Assembly: GCA_964512925.1 (NCBI GenBank)
Contig: CAZEKH010000003.1
Coordinates: 16,772 to 80,771, forward strand
Source: an uncultured Candidatus Saccharibacteria bacterium
GTDB taxonomy: Bacteria > Patescibacteriota > Doudnabacteria > UBA920
Length of the DNA: 64,000 nucleotides
Reading direction: 5' to 3'
In this document: positions 19,758 to 29,616 of the stretch, in pieces
How positions within the stretch are numbered: position 1 is the first letter of the stretch
Layout of the letters: every line of letters begins with the position of its first letter
Position numbers and translations under genes: made by a program
Notes under the pieces: model-generated
What the model was told of the DNA's origin: nothing
What the model saw: the letters and a program-made list of their open reading frames with translations, nothing else
Databases searched by the model: none

Positions 19758-20708
19758 TTATTCGAGCGCTATTCTGCCTGCTGTAATTTCAGCGAGTTCA
19801 GTAGTGATTTTGCCTTGCCTCAACTGGTTGAAGGTTAATGTTAAGTCGGATATTAGGTCGCCGGCGGCTTCGGTTGCGTTCTTCATCATCACCATTCTAG
19901 CGGAGTGTTCTGAAGCGTCTGACTCCAGTATGGCTTCGTAAACTTGGCTTTCTAGTATTCTGGGAAGCAAGTGTTCTAAAACTTGTTCGGGCGTTGGTTC
20001 AAAAGCATATTCCAGATAGCCTCCCTCCCCAATGCTTGGTGAGGGCTGGGGAGAGGTTTGATGATTTAAAAATGGAAGTAGTTGCTTTATCATTGGCTTT
20101 TGAGCCAGGGTTGAAACAAAATGGTTATAGACTAAATAAATGCTTTTATATTGACCGGTTAAGTAAACTTGAGTTATGTTTTGAACTAAAGGATAAACTT
20201 CTTCAGCTGAAATTGTTCTTTCCGGTTTGGGAAAGTCAGCAATCATATTTTTTCCCATCCGAGCCATAGCTTGCGATGCTTTTTTTCCGAATGTGATAAT
20301 TTCAAAACTCATTGTTTTAGTTTTGAAATTATCATCCTGAGCGGATGCGCTGGCAAGCGGAGAAGCCGAAGGATCCCTTTGCTCTAACTCTTTTAGCTTG
20401 TTCACCAAATTTGTATTTAAACTCCCTACCAGACCTTTATTAGAGCTTATAACAACAACGCCGATTTTATTTTGACTGCCTTTTGTTTCCATTTTCTGCT
20501 CAGAGTTTAAAAGTGGATGGCTCATAGATTCAATCCCCCCCAAATCCTCTATAAGTTCCCAAGCTAAAGAAGCGTATGTTCTACTGTTTAAAGCCGCTTG
20601 CTGGCTCTTGCGCATTTTCGCGGCCGAAACCATCTGCATAGCTTTGGTTATCTTCCGCGTGCTGGAAACGCTTTTTATTCGGTTTTTCAGTTCCTTGATT
20701 CCGGGCAT
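19758..20708 (-). CDS. atpG: F-ATPase gamma subunit
   Basis: KITKAMQMVSAAK, SEHSARMVMMKNAT, RQGKITTELAEI. Confidence 0.96.
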   Translation of the reverse strand: MPGIKELKNRIKSVSSTRKITKAMQMVSAAKMRKSQQAALNSRTYASLAWELIEDLGGIESMSHPLLNSEQKMETKGSQNKIGVVVISSNKGLVGSLNTNLVNKLKELEQRDPSASPLASASAQDDNFKTKTMSFEIITFGKKASQAMARMGKNMIADFPKPERTISAEEVYPLVQNITQVYLTGQYKSIYLVYNHFVSTLAQKPMIKQLLPFLNHQTSPQPSPSIGEGGYLEYAFEPTPEQVLEHLLPRILESQVYEAILESDASEHSARMVMMKNATEAAGDLISDLTLTFNQLRQGKITTELAEITAGRIALE

Positions 20709-20721
20709 GTGTTTGTATCTT

Positions 20722-20758
20722 GTATTATGTATTTAGCTTAATACTAAATACATAATAC
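20722..20758. repeat. Perfect 15-bp inverted repeat built from heptamers between atpA and atpG
   Basis: GTATTATGTATTTAG-N7-CTAAATACATAATAC. Confidence 0.75.
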
Positions 20759-20759
20759 T

Positions 20760-22262
20760 TTATACTATCTGATTGCTTTCTAAGAAATTCTTAATCGCTT
20801 CTTTAAGCTTGTTTTCTGTGTCTTCTTTCAGTTCTTTCTGTTCACGGATTGCGTCCAGCACTTCTTTACCTTGAACCTTCATATACTGGTGGAACTGTTT
20901 TTCTATAATTTGCATTTTTTCCGCGGGCAACTGGTTAAAGTAACCGTTGTTTACGGCATATAAAATAGTTACCTGTTCTTCCAAGGAGAGCGGGCTGTAT
21001 TGGGGCTGTTTTAGAATTTCATTCATTCGTCTGCCTAGTTCCAGGGTTTGTTTGGTTGTTTCGTCCAAATCCGAACCGAACTGGGCAAAGGCTTCTAGCT
21101 CTCGGAATTGAGCAAGCTGAAGTTTGAGCTTGCCAGCGACTTTTTTCATAGCTTTGGTTTGAGCCGAGGAGCCTACGCGCGAAACTGAAATACCGACGTT
21201 TAAAGCCGGCCTTACGCCTTTGTAAAAAAGATCAGATTCCAGGAAGATTTGACCGTCTGTGATGGAGATAACATTGGTGGGAATGTATGCCGAAACATCG
21301 CCTGCTTGCGTTTCTATGATTGGTAATGCTGTAAGTGACCCGCCACCATAGTCTTCGTTAAGTTTGGCGGCTCGCTCTAAAAGGCGGGAATGTAAATAAA
21401 ATACATCACCTGGGTATGCTTCCCTGCCGGGCGGCCTTCTAAGAAGTAAAGAAATTTCACGGTATGCCACGGCTTGTTTGGACAGGTCGTCGTACACAAC
21501 AAGCACATCTTTACCCTGGTCCATAAAATATTCACCCATAGCGCAGCCAGCGTATGGAGCTATATAAGAAAGAGCGGCTGGTTCTGAAGCTGAAGCTGAA
21601 ACCACTATTGTGTAGTCCATTGCGCCATTTTTTTCAAGTTCAGCGACAATTTTTGCAATCTTTGATTCTTTTTGACCAATGGCAACATAAATACAAATCA
21701 TATTTTGCCCCTTTTGGTTTATGATTGTATCAACTGCTACTGCGGTTTTTCCAGTTTGACGGTCGCCGATTATAAGTTCCCTTTGGCCTCTTCCGATAGG
21801 TATGAGGGCATCAATTGCTTTAATGCCCGTTTGTACGGGTTCTTTTACCGATTTGCGGGTAATGACGCCAGGCGCAATTTTTTCTACCGGGTAGTATTTT
21901 GAAGATTTAATGTCGCCTTTGCCATCTTTTGGTTGTCCCAAGGCTGAAACAGTCCTGCCTATCAGTCCTTCACCTACCGGTACTGATAAAATTTTTCCAG
22001 TTGCCCGGACAGTATCGCCAACTTTTATTTTTGAATAATCCCCAAGAACAATACTCCCAATCAAATTTTCTTCCAAGTTTAGGGCTACGCCTGAGATCCC
22101 GTTAAAATCCAGCATCTCCATACTGGAAACCTGGGTTAGTCCGGATACGCGCGCAACGCCGTCAGCTACTTCCAAAACCGTTCCGACTTTTTCAACTTCA
22201 GCTTTGGGTTGGAATTCTAAAATTTTGTTTTTTAACTGCGTAACCAGATTTGTATTGGGCAT
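20760..22262 (-). CDS. atpA: F-ATPase alpha subunit
   Basis: [31 protein letters not shown]. Confidence 0.97.
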   Translation of the reverse strand: MPNTNLVTQLKNKILEFQPKAEVEKVGTVLEVADGVARVSGLTQVSSMEMLDFNGISGVALNLEENLIGSIVLGDYSKIKVGDTVRATGKILSVPVGEGLIGRTVSALGQPKDGKGDIKSSKYYPVEKIAPGVITRKSVKEPVQTGIKAIDALIPIGRGQRELIIGDRQTGKTAVAVDTIINQKGQNMICIYVAIGQKESKIAKIVAELEKNGAMDYTIVVSASASEPAALSYIAPYAGCAMGEYFMDQGKDVLVVYDDLSKQAVAYREISLLLRRPPGREAYPGDVFYLHSRLLERAAKLNEDYGGGSLTALPIIETQAGDVSAYIPTNVISITDGQIFLESDLFYKGVRPALNVGISVSRVGSSAQTKAMKKVAGKLKLQLAQFRELEAFAQFGSDLDETTKQTLELGRRMNEILKQPQYSPLSLEEQVTILYAVNNGYFNQLPAEKMQIIEKQFHQYMKVQGKEVLDAIREQKELKEDTENKLKEAIKNFLESNQIV

Positions 22263-22365
22263 ATGTCAGTTTTTTAAACCCCCACCCCTTTATAAGCGGA
22301 GTAGAATGTCAAAAGTTAATAAAATATTATTTTTTTCTATTTAATATAACGCTATCCAAACTAAA

Positions 22366-22854
22366 CTAATTTTCTAAAATTTTGAAATAATAACTAGTGT
22401 CGCCGTATATTGTATAAGATGTTTTGTCAAAATCATTTTTTTCACCATAAAATTCTGCATTTTTTCCTACATAGATTGACAAATTTGGCTCATTTTCGTC
22501 AAGACCAATAATACTACCTCTGGGCGCGTCCAACCGATTTGGGGGTAAGCCGCCTATTGTTAAAATAATTTGTTTTCCTGAAAGTTCAACAATAAAATTT
22601 CCGTCATAAGGCAATTCGTTTTTTATATTGGTAATTTTTCCTGAAAATTTGATTTTACTAGTCTGCGCGAAATCAGAATTTACTGAAGTTGGAGTAATGG
22701 TGATGGAAGGTGCTGGGTTCGGCTGAACAATATCTTTTTTAATAGCATTTAAATTTTGAGGGTCGCAAGCAGCTGCAATAAGGACAATGCTGCATATAAC
22801 CAAAAAAAATTTGCTTGCGTATTTTGTTATTTTTTGTGATGGATTTTGTCGCAT
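22366..22854 (-). CDS. Hypothetical lipoprotein inside the atp operon
   Basis: Signal peptide with LIAAAC lipobox. Confidence 0.65.
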   Translation of the reverse strand: MRQNPSQKITKYASKFFLVICSIVLIAAACDPQNLNAIKKDIVQPNPAPSITITPTSVNSDFAQTSKIKFSGKITNIKNELPYDGNFIVELSGKQIILTIGGLPPNRLDAPRGSIIGLDENEPNLSIYVGKNAEFYGEKNDFDKTSYTIYGDTSYYFKILEN

Positions 22855-22856
22855 AT

Positions 22857-23243
22857 TTATTGTTTTAATTCCTGGTTCAAATTATCAAGCTGGGTTTTTA
22901 TACTTCCGTCTATCAAGGTGTCGTCTACCCGTACTACAACTCCGCCGATTATATCTTCTTTGATCTTAGAGCTGTACTGGGGTTTGCCTTGGATGACGGA
23001 ATTTAAACCCTCAAGTATTTTTGTGTTGCGCTCTGCGGCAAAAGTTGCTTTTACATCTTTTACCCCTTTTTCCAAATTTTGAAGCGCCAAATACTCAGCT
23101 TCAATTTGTTCAACCTTGTTTAAATCCCCATTCTGCGAAAGAATTGTTACCAGGTTATCTAAAACCTTGTCCTGGTCCTTTGGGTTTGTTTCTTGAATGC
23201 TCTCGTAGAGAGCTTGCGCGTATTGTTTTGCAGATGTCTTCAT
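22857..23243 (-). CDS. atpH: F-ATPase delta subunit (short)
   Basis: AKQYAQAL, IIGGVVVRVDDTLIDGSIKTQL. Confidence 0.9.
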   Translation of the reverse strand: MKTSAKQYAQALYESIQETNPKDQDKVLDNLVTILSQNGDLNKVEQIEAEYLALQNLEKGVKDVKATFAAERNTKILEGLNSVIQGKPQYSSKIKEDIIGGVVVRVDDTLIDGSIKTQLDNLNQELKQ

Positions 23244-23806
23244 TGTTTGTTGTGGCTAATTTCCTCAACGGTTTTTTTGATCAGTTCAATATCGTGCTTG
23301 TCGTCAAGTTTTTTCTTTAAAACTTTTTCAGTCGCCATTGTTACCATATCCGCAACTTCAGATTTTATCTCCGCCAGGGATTGTTTTTGGTCAGACTCAA
23401 TTTGAGCTCTCGCCTGACTGATATATTTATCCTGTTCTTCCTTGGTCTTTTTTAAAACCATATCTTTTGCTGTCAAAGCATCTTGCTCGGCTTTGGTTAA
23501 AATCTCTGAAGCTTTCTGTCTGGCTTGCTTTACTTCTTCGGCTTTCCAAAGTTCAAATTCAGTTTTTTGTTTTTCCACATCCTCAGCGTCTTTCAGCGCT
23601 TGTTCTATTTTTTGAGATCTTTCAGCAAGCTTTAAAGATATGGGTTTAAACACAAACCGGTTTAAAATATAAAAAATTATCCCAAAGTTAATTAACTGGG
23701 CTAAAAATAGTTTCCAGTTCAAACCTAAAGTTGAAACCAAACTTGTTTCTTGCTCAATGTTTGCCGCAGTTTCCGCAGCTTTTGCAATATGTATAAATTC
23801 AATCAT
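23240..23806 (-). CDS. atpF: F-ATPase b subunit
   Basis: LGLNWKLFLAQLINFGI..FVFKPI followed by coiled coil; start at MIEFIH. Confidence 0.92.
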   Translation of the reverse strand: MIEFIHIAKAAETAANIEQETSLVSTLGLNWKLFLAQLINFGIIFYILNRFVFKPISLKLAERSQKIEQALKDAEDVEKQKTEFELWKAEEVKQARQKASEILTKAEQDALTAKDMVLKKTKEEQDKYISQARAQIESDQKQSLAEIKSEVADMVTMATEKVLKKKLDDKHDIELIKKTVEEISHNKQ

Positions 23807-23876
23807 TTTTTTAAAAATTAATTTCCAGCTATCTCCACGTGCAAATAAGCATATGGAGATAAGTTGAAATTGATTC

Positions 23877-24143
<267 letters not shown>

Positions 24144-24182
24144 TTAAAGTCTGAACTAAACCTTAATTATTTATAAATAAAT

Positions 24183-25052
24183 TTAATGCGCCTCTGAACC
24201 GTGAGGTTCTAGGGTAGCCATATTCAGGTAAACTAAAGTTAACATTGAAAAAACCACAGCTTGTATAAGTCCAACAATTATTTCCAAACCCATAAACGGA
24301 AGTGGGAGAAAAAATGCGAGTAATGAAGCTAGTACAGTAAGCAGAACTTCGCCGGCAAAAATATTGCCGTAGAGCCTGAGGGACAAGGAAACCATTTTTG
24401 CTATTTCGGAAAATACCTCAATTATGCCGACAAAAAATTCTATGACTGCCACTAAAATTTTAACTGGGTTAAAAGATATTATGGCCTTAAACAAATCCTT
24501 CAGTTTGATAAATTTGTTAACATATCGGAAAAAACCTATAGCCGCAATGCCAAAAAAATGTGAACCCATTACCGCTATAACCGCCATTGACAATGTCATA
24601 TTTAAATCCGAGTTGGCAGGCCTTAAAAAAGGAAAAATATGAAAATTTTCTGAAAATCCCGAACAATATTTGTAAGCAACAAATACTTGGTTGTGATGGT
24701 CAAAACACCTGGCAATGGAGCCGGTCCCCGGCATTAAACCCATCCAGTTTGAAACAACTATAAAGAGAAAAAATGTTCCGACAATGGGCAGGAATTTATA
24801 GCTTCTTTTTCTGTCCCCTGTCACTTGATCAAAATATCCTAGCATAAATTCTAACAGTCCTTCGGCAAAATTTAGAATTCCTTTTGGTACAGAAAGACCT
24901 TGATAATATTTTTTTACACCTCTTTGAACAAAAATTGCAAAAATCAAAAAAAACACCAAGGCAATGCTTGAATTGATGTGCGAATTGGTAACTGGAAATG
25001 AGCCAATATTGAACATTGTTTCCGCGGCTAGCGGAGGCAAGGCTACGATCAT
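24183..25052 (-). CDS. atpB: F-ATPase a subunit
   Basis: SNWMGLMP, SLSLRLYGNIFAGE, IQAVVFSML. Confidence 0.95.
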   Translation of the reverse strand: MIVALPPLAAETMFNIGSFPVTNSHINSSIALVFFLIFAIFVQRGVKKYYQGLSVPKGILNFAEGLLEFMLGYFDQVTGDRKRSYKFLPIVGTFFLFIVVSNWMGLMPGTGSIARCFDHHNQVFVAYKYCSGFSENFHIFPFLRPANSDLNMTLSMAVIAVMGSHFFGIAAIGFFRYVNKFIKLKDLFKAIISFNPVKILVAVIEFFVGIIEVFSEIAKMVSLSLRLYGNIFAGEVLLTVLASLLAFFLPLPFMGLEIIVGLIQAVVFSMLTLVYLNMATLEPHGSEAH

Positions 25053-25390
25053 TTTTTTATGAGTTCTTTAAGTTTTTTAATCTGCTTATAAATCCCCATA
25101 CTGCTGATGGTTATTGCAAGAACTAAACCCAAAACAACAAAATACTTGGTTTGATATCTGTTGTCCAACCATTTGCCGATATAAACCAAAACTATCAAAG
25201 GAAGCGCGATAATAAGGCCAAAATCAGTGGCAGCGCTGAACATTGACATCGCATTTATGATTTTTTTGCTTTTCGGCACCAGCTTGCTGGCATCTTTAGC
25301 TTCCCGAAGCTCTTTTTGCTCTTTATGCAGTTGATCTAAAGAGACTCTGCCCGGCACTAAATATTCATCATTTGGTTCTTTATCAGACAT
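25049..25390 (-). CDS. AtpZ/AtpI family (ATPase gene 1)
   Basis: Two TM helices, YIGKWLDNRY; first gene of the atp operon. Confidence 0.82.
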   Translation of the reverse strand: MSDKEPNDEYLVPGRVSLDQLHKEQKELREAKDASKLVPKSKKIINAMSMFSAATDFGLIIALPLIVLVYIGKWLDNRYQTKYFVVLGLVLAITISSMGIYKQIKKLKELIKK

Positions 25391-25433
25391 AAAATTTTAT
25401 TTTTGACATTAAAATGTCCCAAAAAACATCTTA

Positions 25434-25463
25434 AATATAACAATTTCTGCTTATTTGTGTCAA
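25434..25463 (-). promoter_or_regulatory. Putative atp operon promoter
   Basis: TTGACA (25463-58), 18 bp, TGnTATATT. Confidence 0.55.
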
Positions 25464-25506
25464 GACTCTAAGACATTGACTGAAATAATAAATTATGTTA
25501 TTGGCG

Positions 25507-25556
25507 CCATTGCTCCCCGCCTGCCTACCGCCTGGAGCTCCGACGTAAAGTCGGAG
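25507..25556 (-). repeat. Copy of the nested-tRNA junction with a CTCCGAC-N5-GTCGGAG hairpin
   Basis: 25507-25538 matches 25640-25671 at 31/32 positions; hairpin at 25538-25556. Confidence 0.8.
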
Positions 25557-25665
25557 TAAACCGGCGATCGGAAACGGGTTTATTCAGCACCTTTGGAGCC
25601 GACGATCGGAGTTGAACCGATAACCTATGGTTTACGATACCATTGCTCCCCGCCTGCCTATCGCC

Positions 25666-25741
25666 TGGAGCCGAAAGTGGGACTTGAACCCACAACCTGC
25701 GGTTTACGATACCGCTGCTCTACCAATTGAGCTATTTCGGC
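25666..25741 (-). tRNA. Inner intact tRNA-Thr(CGT)
   Basis: GCCGAAATAGCTCAATTGGTAGAGCAGCGGTAT CGT AAACCGCAGGTTGTGGGTTCAAGTCCCACTTTCGGCTCCA, 76 nt. Confidence 0.95.
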
Positions 25742-25769
25742 GCTAGGCGACTGGCGGGCTGGTGCCTAA

Positions 25770-25813
25770 TCCCGACGCACTTTAGGGGTCGGGACCCCGA
25801 CCTAGTGTCGGGG
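25770..25813. repeat. Two abutting CCGAC-Nn-GTCGG palindromes (family B)
   Basis: TCCCGAC-N11-GTCGGGA and CCCCGAC-N5-GTCGGGG. Confidence 0.8.
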
Positions 25814-25845
25814 TTGAGCTACGTCGGCTTATATAAGCTGAGGTA

Positions 25846-26646
25846 TCAGATTTTTATTTGTCTAAAATCAATTTTTTTGCCAAATAAAAATTTTGCTACT
25901 GCTTCAAAATTTTTACCTTTTTTTGTTACGCAGAAATCTTTGTTGCCACCCCTGCCCAATGTTTTAGAAATTTCTTTGTGCTTTTGCAGATACTGCCCAA
26001 GTTTTTTTGGAATTATTTCGTCCTGCGAAATAATTTTTACACTACTGCCTGCAAATTTGCGAGCAGATTTTTTTAACAGCGCATAATGAGTACAACCAAA
26101 AATAATCGCTTTAACTTTTTTGTTTTTTAGCGATTCTGTATAGTATTTTATAGCACTTTCAGCTTTAAGTAAAGAATTATTTTCAATCAAATCAACCAGC
26201 TCAGGAGCCGCGAGTTCATATATTTTGGGGTTTGAAGTTAGTTTTTCCAATTCTTTTTTATACTTATGAGACTGTACTGTACTTTTGGTGGCGATGACCC
26301 CAATTGAGTCTATTTTTTTGTTTTGAGCTATTTCTTCAAGAGTTGGGATAATGACCCCCAAAATTCTCCGATCCGGGTATTTATTTAATAAATAATTTTG
26401 CTGAACTTCCCTTAAGGCCCAAGCAGTGGATGTATTACAAGCGATAATGACCAATGAACAATTTTGTTTAAACAAAAAATCAACAGCTTTTCGCGTTCGG
26501 GTTTTTATTACGCCGGGAGACTTTTCCCCATAAGGCAGAAAAGCCGTGTCGCCCAGATATGCATAGTTAAACCAAGGAAATTTTTTGAAAATTGCCTTAG
26601 TGATTACAAGTCCCCCAAGCCCAGAGTCAAAAATACCAATTTTCAT
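25846..26646 (-). CDS. murI: Glutamate racemase
   Basis: IGIFDSGLGGL, PYGEKS, IACNTS, GCTHY. Confidence 0.96.
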   Translation of the reverse strand: MKIGIFDSGLGGLVITKAIFKKFPWFNYAYLGDTAFLPYGEKSPGVIKTRTRKAVDFLFKQNCSLVIIACNTSTAWALREVQQNYLLNKYPDRRILGVIIPTLEEIAQNKKIDSIGVIATKSTVQSHKYKKELEKLTSNPKIYELAAPELVDLIENNSLLKAESAIKYYTESLKNKKVKAIIFGCTHYALLKKSARKFAGSSVKIISQDEIIPKKLGQYLQKHKEISKTLGRGGNKDFCVTKKGKNFEAVAKFLFGKKIDFRQIKI

Positions 26647-28730
26647 TATTGTATTCCTGCTTCAGTTAACACCCTTTTTCCAGCAGAATACCCGCCAATT
26701 TCAGCGCCTAAACAGAAAGAAAATTCGTATTTGCTCGCGTTGATTTTTTTGTAAATATATTTATTATCTTCTTCGCTACAAGTCCCGTCTGCTGGGGTTG
26801 GGCTTTCTGGCAAAATTCCTAGGTAGTTGGGGATAAAATTTTGAGGCATTCCATCTTGGCTATCTGGATATTTGTTGTAGTCATTAAAATACAACTCTAA
26901 AGCAGATGCAAATTGCCTTGCATCAGCAAGTCTTTTCGCGTCTCTGGATTTAGATCGCGCTAAGTTTAGGCTTTCAATAATATCAAAAGCATTTTCCGGA
27001 GCTGTTAGCTCTTGCGTTTTTCCAAAATCAAAATATTCAGACTCAATGGACAAAACCCCATCAAATTTAAGTTCCGAGACAATTTTTTTAATATTATCTT
27101 CCATTGAAGTATCTGTGATAAAATCGGGATTTACGCACTGTTCAGGAGTTCCTGGGCAAACTATATTCTCAATTCCTGCCGAACTTAGTTTTAAAACACC
27201 GGCTTTGTAGCCACCAGTATCAGCTCCCAGACAAAAAGTCATTTCATAATCACTATAAACTGTTTTCCCATTTAAACCCTTTAATTTTTGACCCTTTGGA
27301 GTGTACCAATAGTTATTAAAGTACTCAGTACATTGACCGGAAGTTTTTGGAGCTGTGGGAAAAATGCCTATATATAATGGACTTATGTCCACTGGCTTTC
27401 CGTTTTCCCCCGCAGGATAACCTTGGTTGTCGTTAAAATATAATTCGTATGCGGAAGCTAACTGTCTTACATCAGCCAGCCTTTTTGCGTCAGAATTTGT
27501 AAAATCATTTTCTGATGTTCGACTTGCTACCTCAGTAAGGGAAACCAAAGAAGGGAAATTACTCTCAAATTTTACTTTGTATAACCTACCGTCTTTAACC
27601 CCAACCCAAGTTTCCATTGTTTTTACTTCCATTTTATCAACCAGGGCATTTACGGCGGTTTTGATCTGCTGTACATCGCTTTCTTTTACAACTTCGCCTG
27701 AATCCTTGACAGCGCCACTGATTTTTTCAACGTATTTAGTGAAAGCATCCTTAATCCCCTGTTTATCCAGGGAATTTTTTAAGTGTAAAACTGATTGTTT
27801 CCCGATTTTTTCATTACCCAGACTTTTTTCAAGTTTAACAAAAGTGGAGTCAGACCAAATCTTGCTTAATTCTTCTTTTAGTGAGCTGTTTAAAATTGCG
27901 TTTACTTGTTTTGCACCCTTAGGTGAAGTAAGCATTTCTTTTTCGAGCTCATCAAAATCTATTTTCAACCATTCGGTTTTTCCCTCGGTATTTGCAATTC
28001 CCGCCAAAGCCGAGAAAATTGGGTTTTCACCGATATTGAAATATAAAACTTTTCCCAAGAAAAAATATTTAAAGGAAGTTGAAAAACTGCTATTGCCGCT
28101 GCCGGCTGTATATTTAACCACTGACGAAGACTTTGGATTTTGGCTGTCTGTGGTATCAACATAGTATTGTCCGTCAAAATCTAAAAAAACGTTGGAAAAA
28201 TTAAACAAAAGACCTGAAGTTGAGCTGGCGCTCGAAATACCGTTATCTTTGTAACTTATCTTAAATTTGTTGGAATAGACTGAGTCAAGCGGAGTTTGTT
28301 TATATTTATTCCAAATTTTTTGAGGCGACCCATAAATTACCGAATCTAAAAGTCCGAAAAAGTAAGCGGCTGCGCCTGTTGAAAGAAAAAAGACAAGCAA
28401 TATAAATAAAAGAATTTTGTTTATATTCCGACCTGTGTTTGCCGGGGCTTTGTAAGTTTGCCCTACTGTTGTTTGGGATGAAAGATTGCTTGAAACTTTT
28501 ATTTCTGCAGCGTTAGGGGTTCTGGCAGGGTTTTTCAAAGAAGTTTGTTCTAATTTCAGATCTTCATCTTTATTTGTAGCCGGCTTATGTTCATCCGCAA
28601 ACGCGTGTTTGACAGCCTCCTCTATTTCCACGCCCTCCCAGCCCTCGGTAATGAGGTTTTGTTTTATCTCAGCGGTGGTTAAACCGTGTTTGTGGGCTTC
28701 TACAACATAATTTACCAGATCTTTATTCAT
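26646..28730 (-). CDS. Membrane-anchored protein with two internal pilin-like domains
   Basis: One TM helix; DAKRLADVRQLASAYELYFNDNQGYP and DAKRLADARQFASALELYFNDYNKYP, each followed by a Cys pair and FCLGA. Confidence 0.75.
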   Translation of the reverse strand: MNKDLVNYVVEAHKHGLTTAEIKQNLITEGWEGVEIEEAVKHAFADEHKPATNKDEDLKLEQTSLKNPARTPNAAEIKVSSNLSSQTTVGQTYKAPANTGRNINKILLFILLVFFLSTGAAAYFFGLLDSVIYGSPQKIWNKYKQTPLDSVYSNKFKISYKDNGISSASSTSGLLFNFSNVFLDFDGQYYVDTTDSQNPKSSSVVKYTAGSGNSSFSTSFKYFFLGKVLYFNIGENPIFSALAGIANTEGKTEWLKIDFDELEKEMLTSPKGAKQVNAILNSSLKEELSKIWSDSTFVKLEKSLGNEKIGKQSVLHLKNSLDKQGIKDAFTKYVEKISGAVKDSGEVVKESDVQQIKTAVNALVDKMEVKTMETWVGVKDGRLYKVKFESNFPSLVSLTEVASRTSENDFTNSDAKRLADVRQLASAYELYFNDNQGYPAGENGKPVDISPLYIGIFPTAPKTSGQCTEYFNNYWYTPKGQKLKGLNGKTVYSDYEMTFCLGADTGGYKAGVLKLSSAGIENIVCPGTPEQCVNPDFITDTSMEDNIKKIVSELKFDGVLSIESEYFDFGKTQELTAPENAFDIIESLNLARSKSRDAKRLADARQFASALELYFNDYNKYPDSQDGMPQNFIPNYLGILPESPTPADGTCSEEDNKYIYKKINASKYEFSFCLGAEIGGYSAGKRVLTEAGIQ

Positions 28731-28738
28731 AAAATTAT

Positions 28739-29602
28739 TTATATTATTTTAAATAATGTGACTTTAATCTCGCTTTTTTGATTTTTTATCCAGGTATCAA
28801 AATTATTTGATTTGAGCATAATGATTTTTATGTCAAATAAATTATTTTCCGAGGTTTTTTTTGCATCTTCAAGTTTTACCAAAAAAGCTCCATTTCTGGA
28901 AAATACAGTTTGAATTTCTCCGGTGTTAAGATTGGCTAGCGTGTCCAAAACTTCAGGATACAAGTTTTCAATTCTAACTTCGCCCAAGTCTCCAAAAAAA
29001 ATTTTTGAAGCATCATCTTGGCTAAAATCAGCGGCTAACAGTTGAAATGATGCCCCCTCCTTAATTTTATTGTATATCATCTCAGCTTCTTTGTAAGACT
29101 CAGGGTTTGTTGTGGGAGACTGAAAAAATTTAATTTTTATTCTATCTTCCAAAATTCTTGGAAGAAAAATATTTTTTAAAAAAACTTTTTTTTCCAAACC
29201 GGATTTTTTTTCCGCGAATTCCAAGGCTTTTATTTCCTCACCGTTCAGCTGATTTAATATCCGGTCGAGCTCTGCTTCATATTCAGTATCGCTGGGAATC
29301 GCGTTGACTTTTTCCGCTATCTGCCATAATTTGAGATCATTGACACTGGAGTTTTCAGCCGCAGAATAAATATCCTTGCCGCTTATGCCCAAGATTTTGG
29401 CGAAACTGGAAATGCTTTTATATTTTTGGATTGCTGATTTGCTAGTCAGATTTTTTTCCCCCACCTTACCGATCGGGAGGGGAAAATTTTCCAGAAAAAA
29501 GTCTTTTATTTTACCGTTTGGGAAAAAAACTATGGCGCAAGCAGTAGTCAATCCAATGAATAAAATCAGAGAAAGGATTTTAAAAAATTTGATTTTTTTC
29601 AT
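28739..29602 (-). CDS. PrsA/SurA-like parvulin foldase
   Basis: N-terminal TM; GASFQLLAADFSQDDAS..GDLG. Confidence 0.75.
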   Translation of the reverse strand: MKKIKFFKILSLILFIGLTTACAIVFFPNGKIKDFFLENFPLPIGKVGEKNLTSKSAIQKYKSISSFAKILGISGKDIYSAAENSSVNDLKLWQIAEKVNAIPSDTEYEAELDRILNQLNGEEIKALEFAEKKSGLEKKVFLKNIFLPRILEDRIKIKFFQSPTTNPESYKEAEMIYNKIKEGASFQLLAADFSQDDASKIFFGDLGEVRIENLYPEVLDTLANLNTGEIQTVFSRNGAFLVKLEDAKKTSENNLFDIKIIMLKSNNFDTWIKNQKSEIKVTLFKII

Positions 29603-29616
29603 TTGCTATCGGAATT

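Larger units (their letters stand above)
25594..25828 (-). tRNA. Outer tRNA-Thr(CGT) with a 165-nt insertion in the D-loop (parts 25828-25814 and 25648-25594); may be a pseudogene
   Basis: GCCGACGTAGCTCAA [insert] GAGCAATGGTAT CGT AAACCATAGGTTATCGGTTCAACTCCGATCGTCGGCTCCA; all four stems fully paired. Confidence 0.75.

Noticed and set aside
25727-26086. 119-aa plus-strand ORF
   Set aside because: Antisense to the tRNA-Thr structure and murI
27427-28164. 245-aa plus-strand ORF and the many similar antisense ORFs
   Set aside because: Mirror frames of well-supported minus-strand genes; Phe/Ser/Leu-rich, as expected opposite Lys/Glu codons
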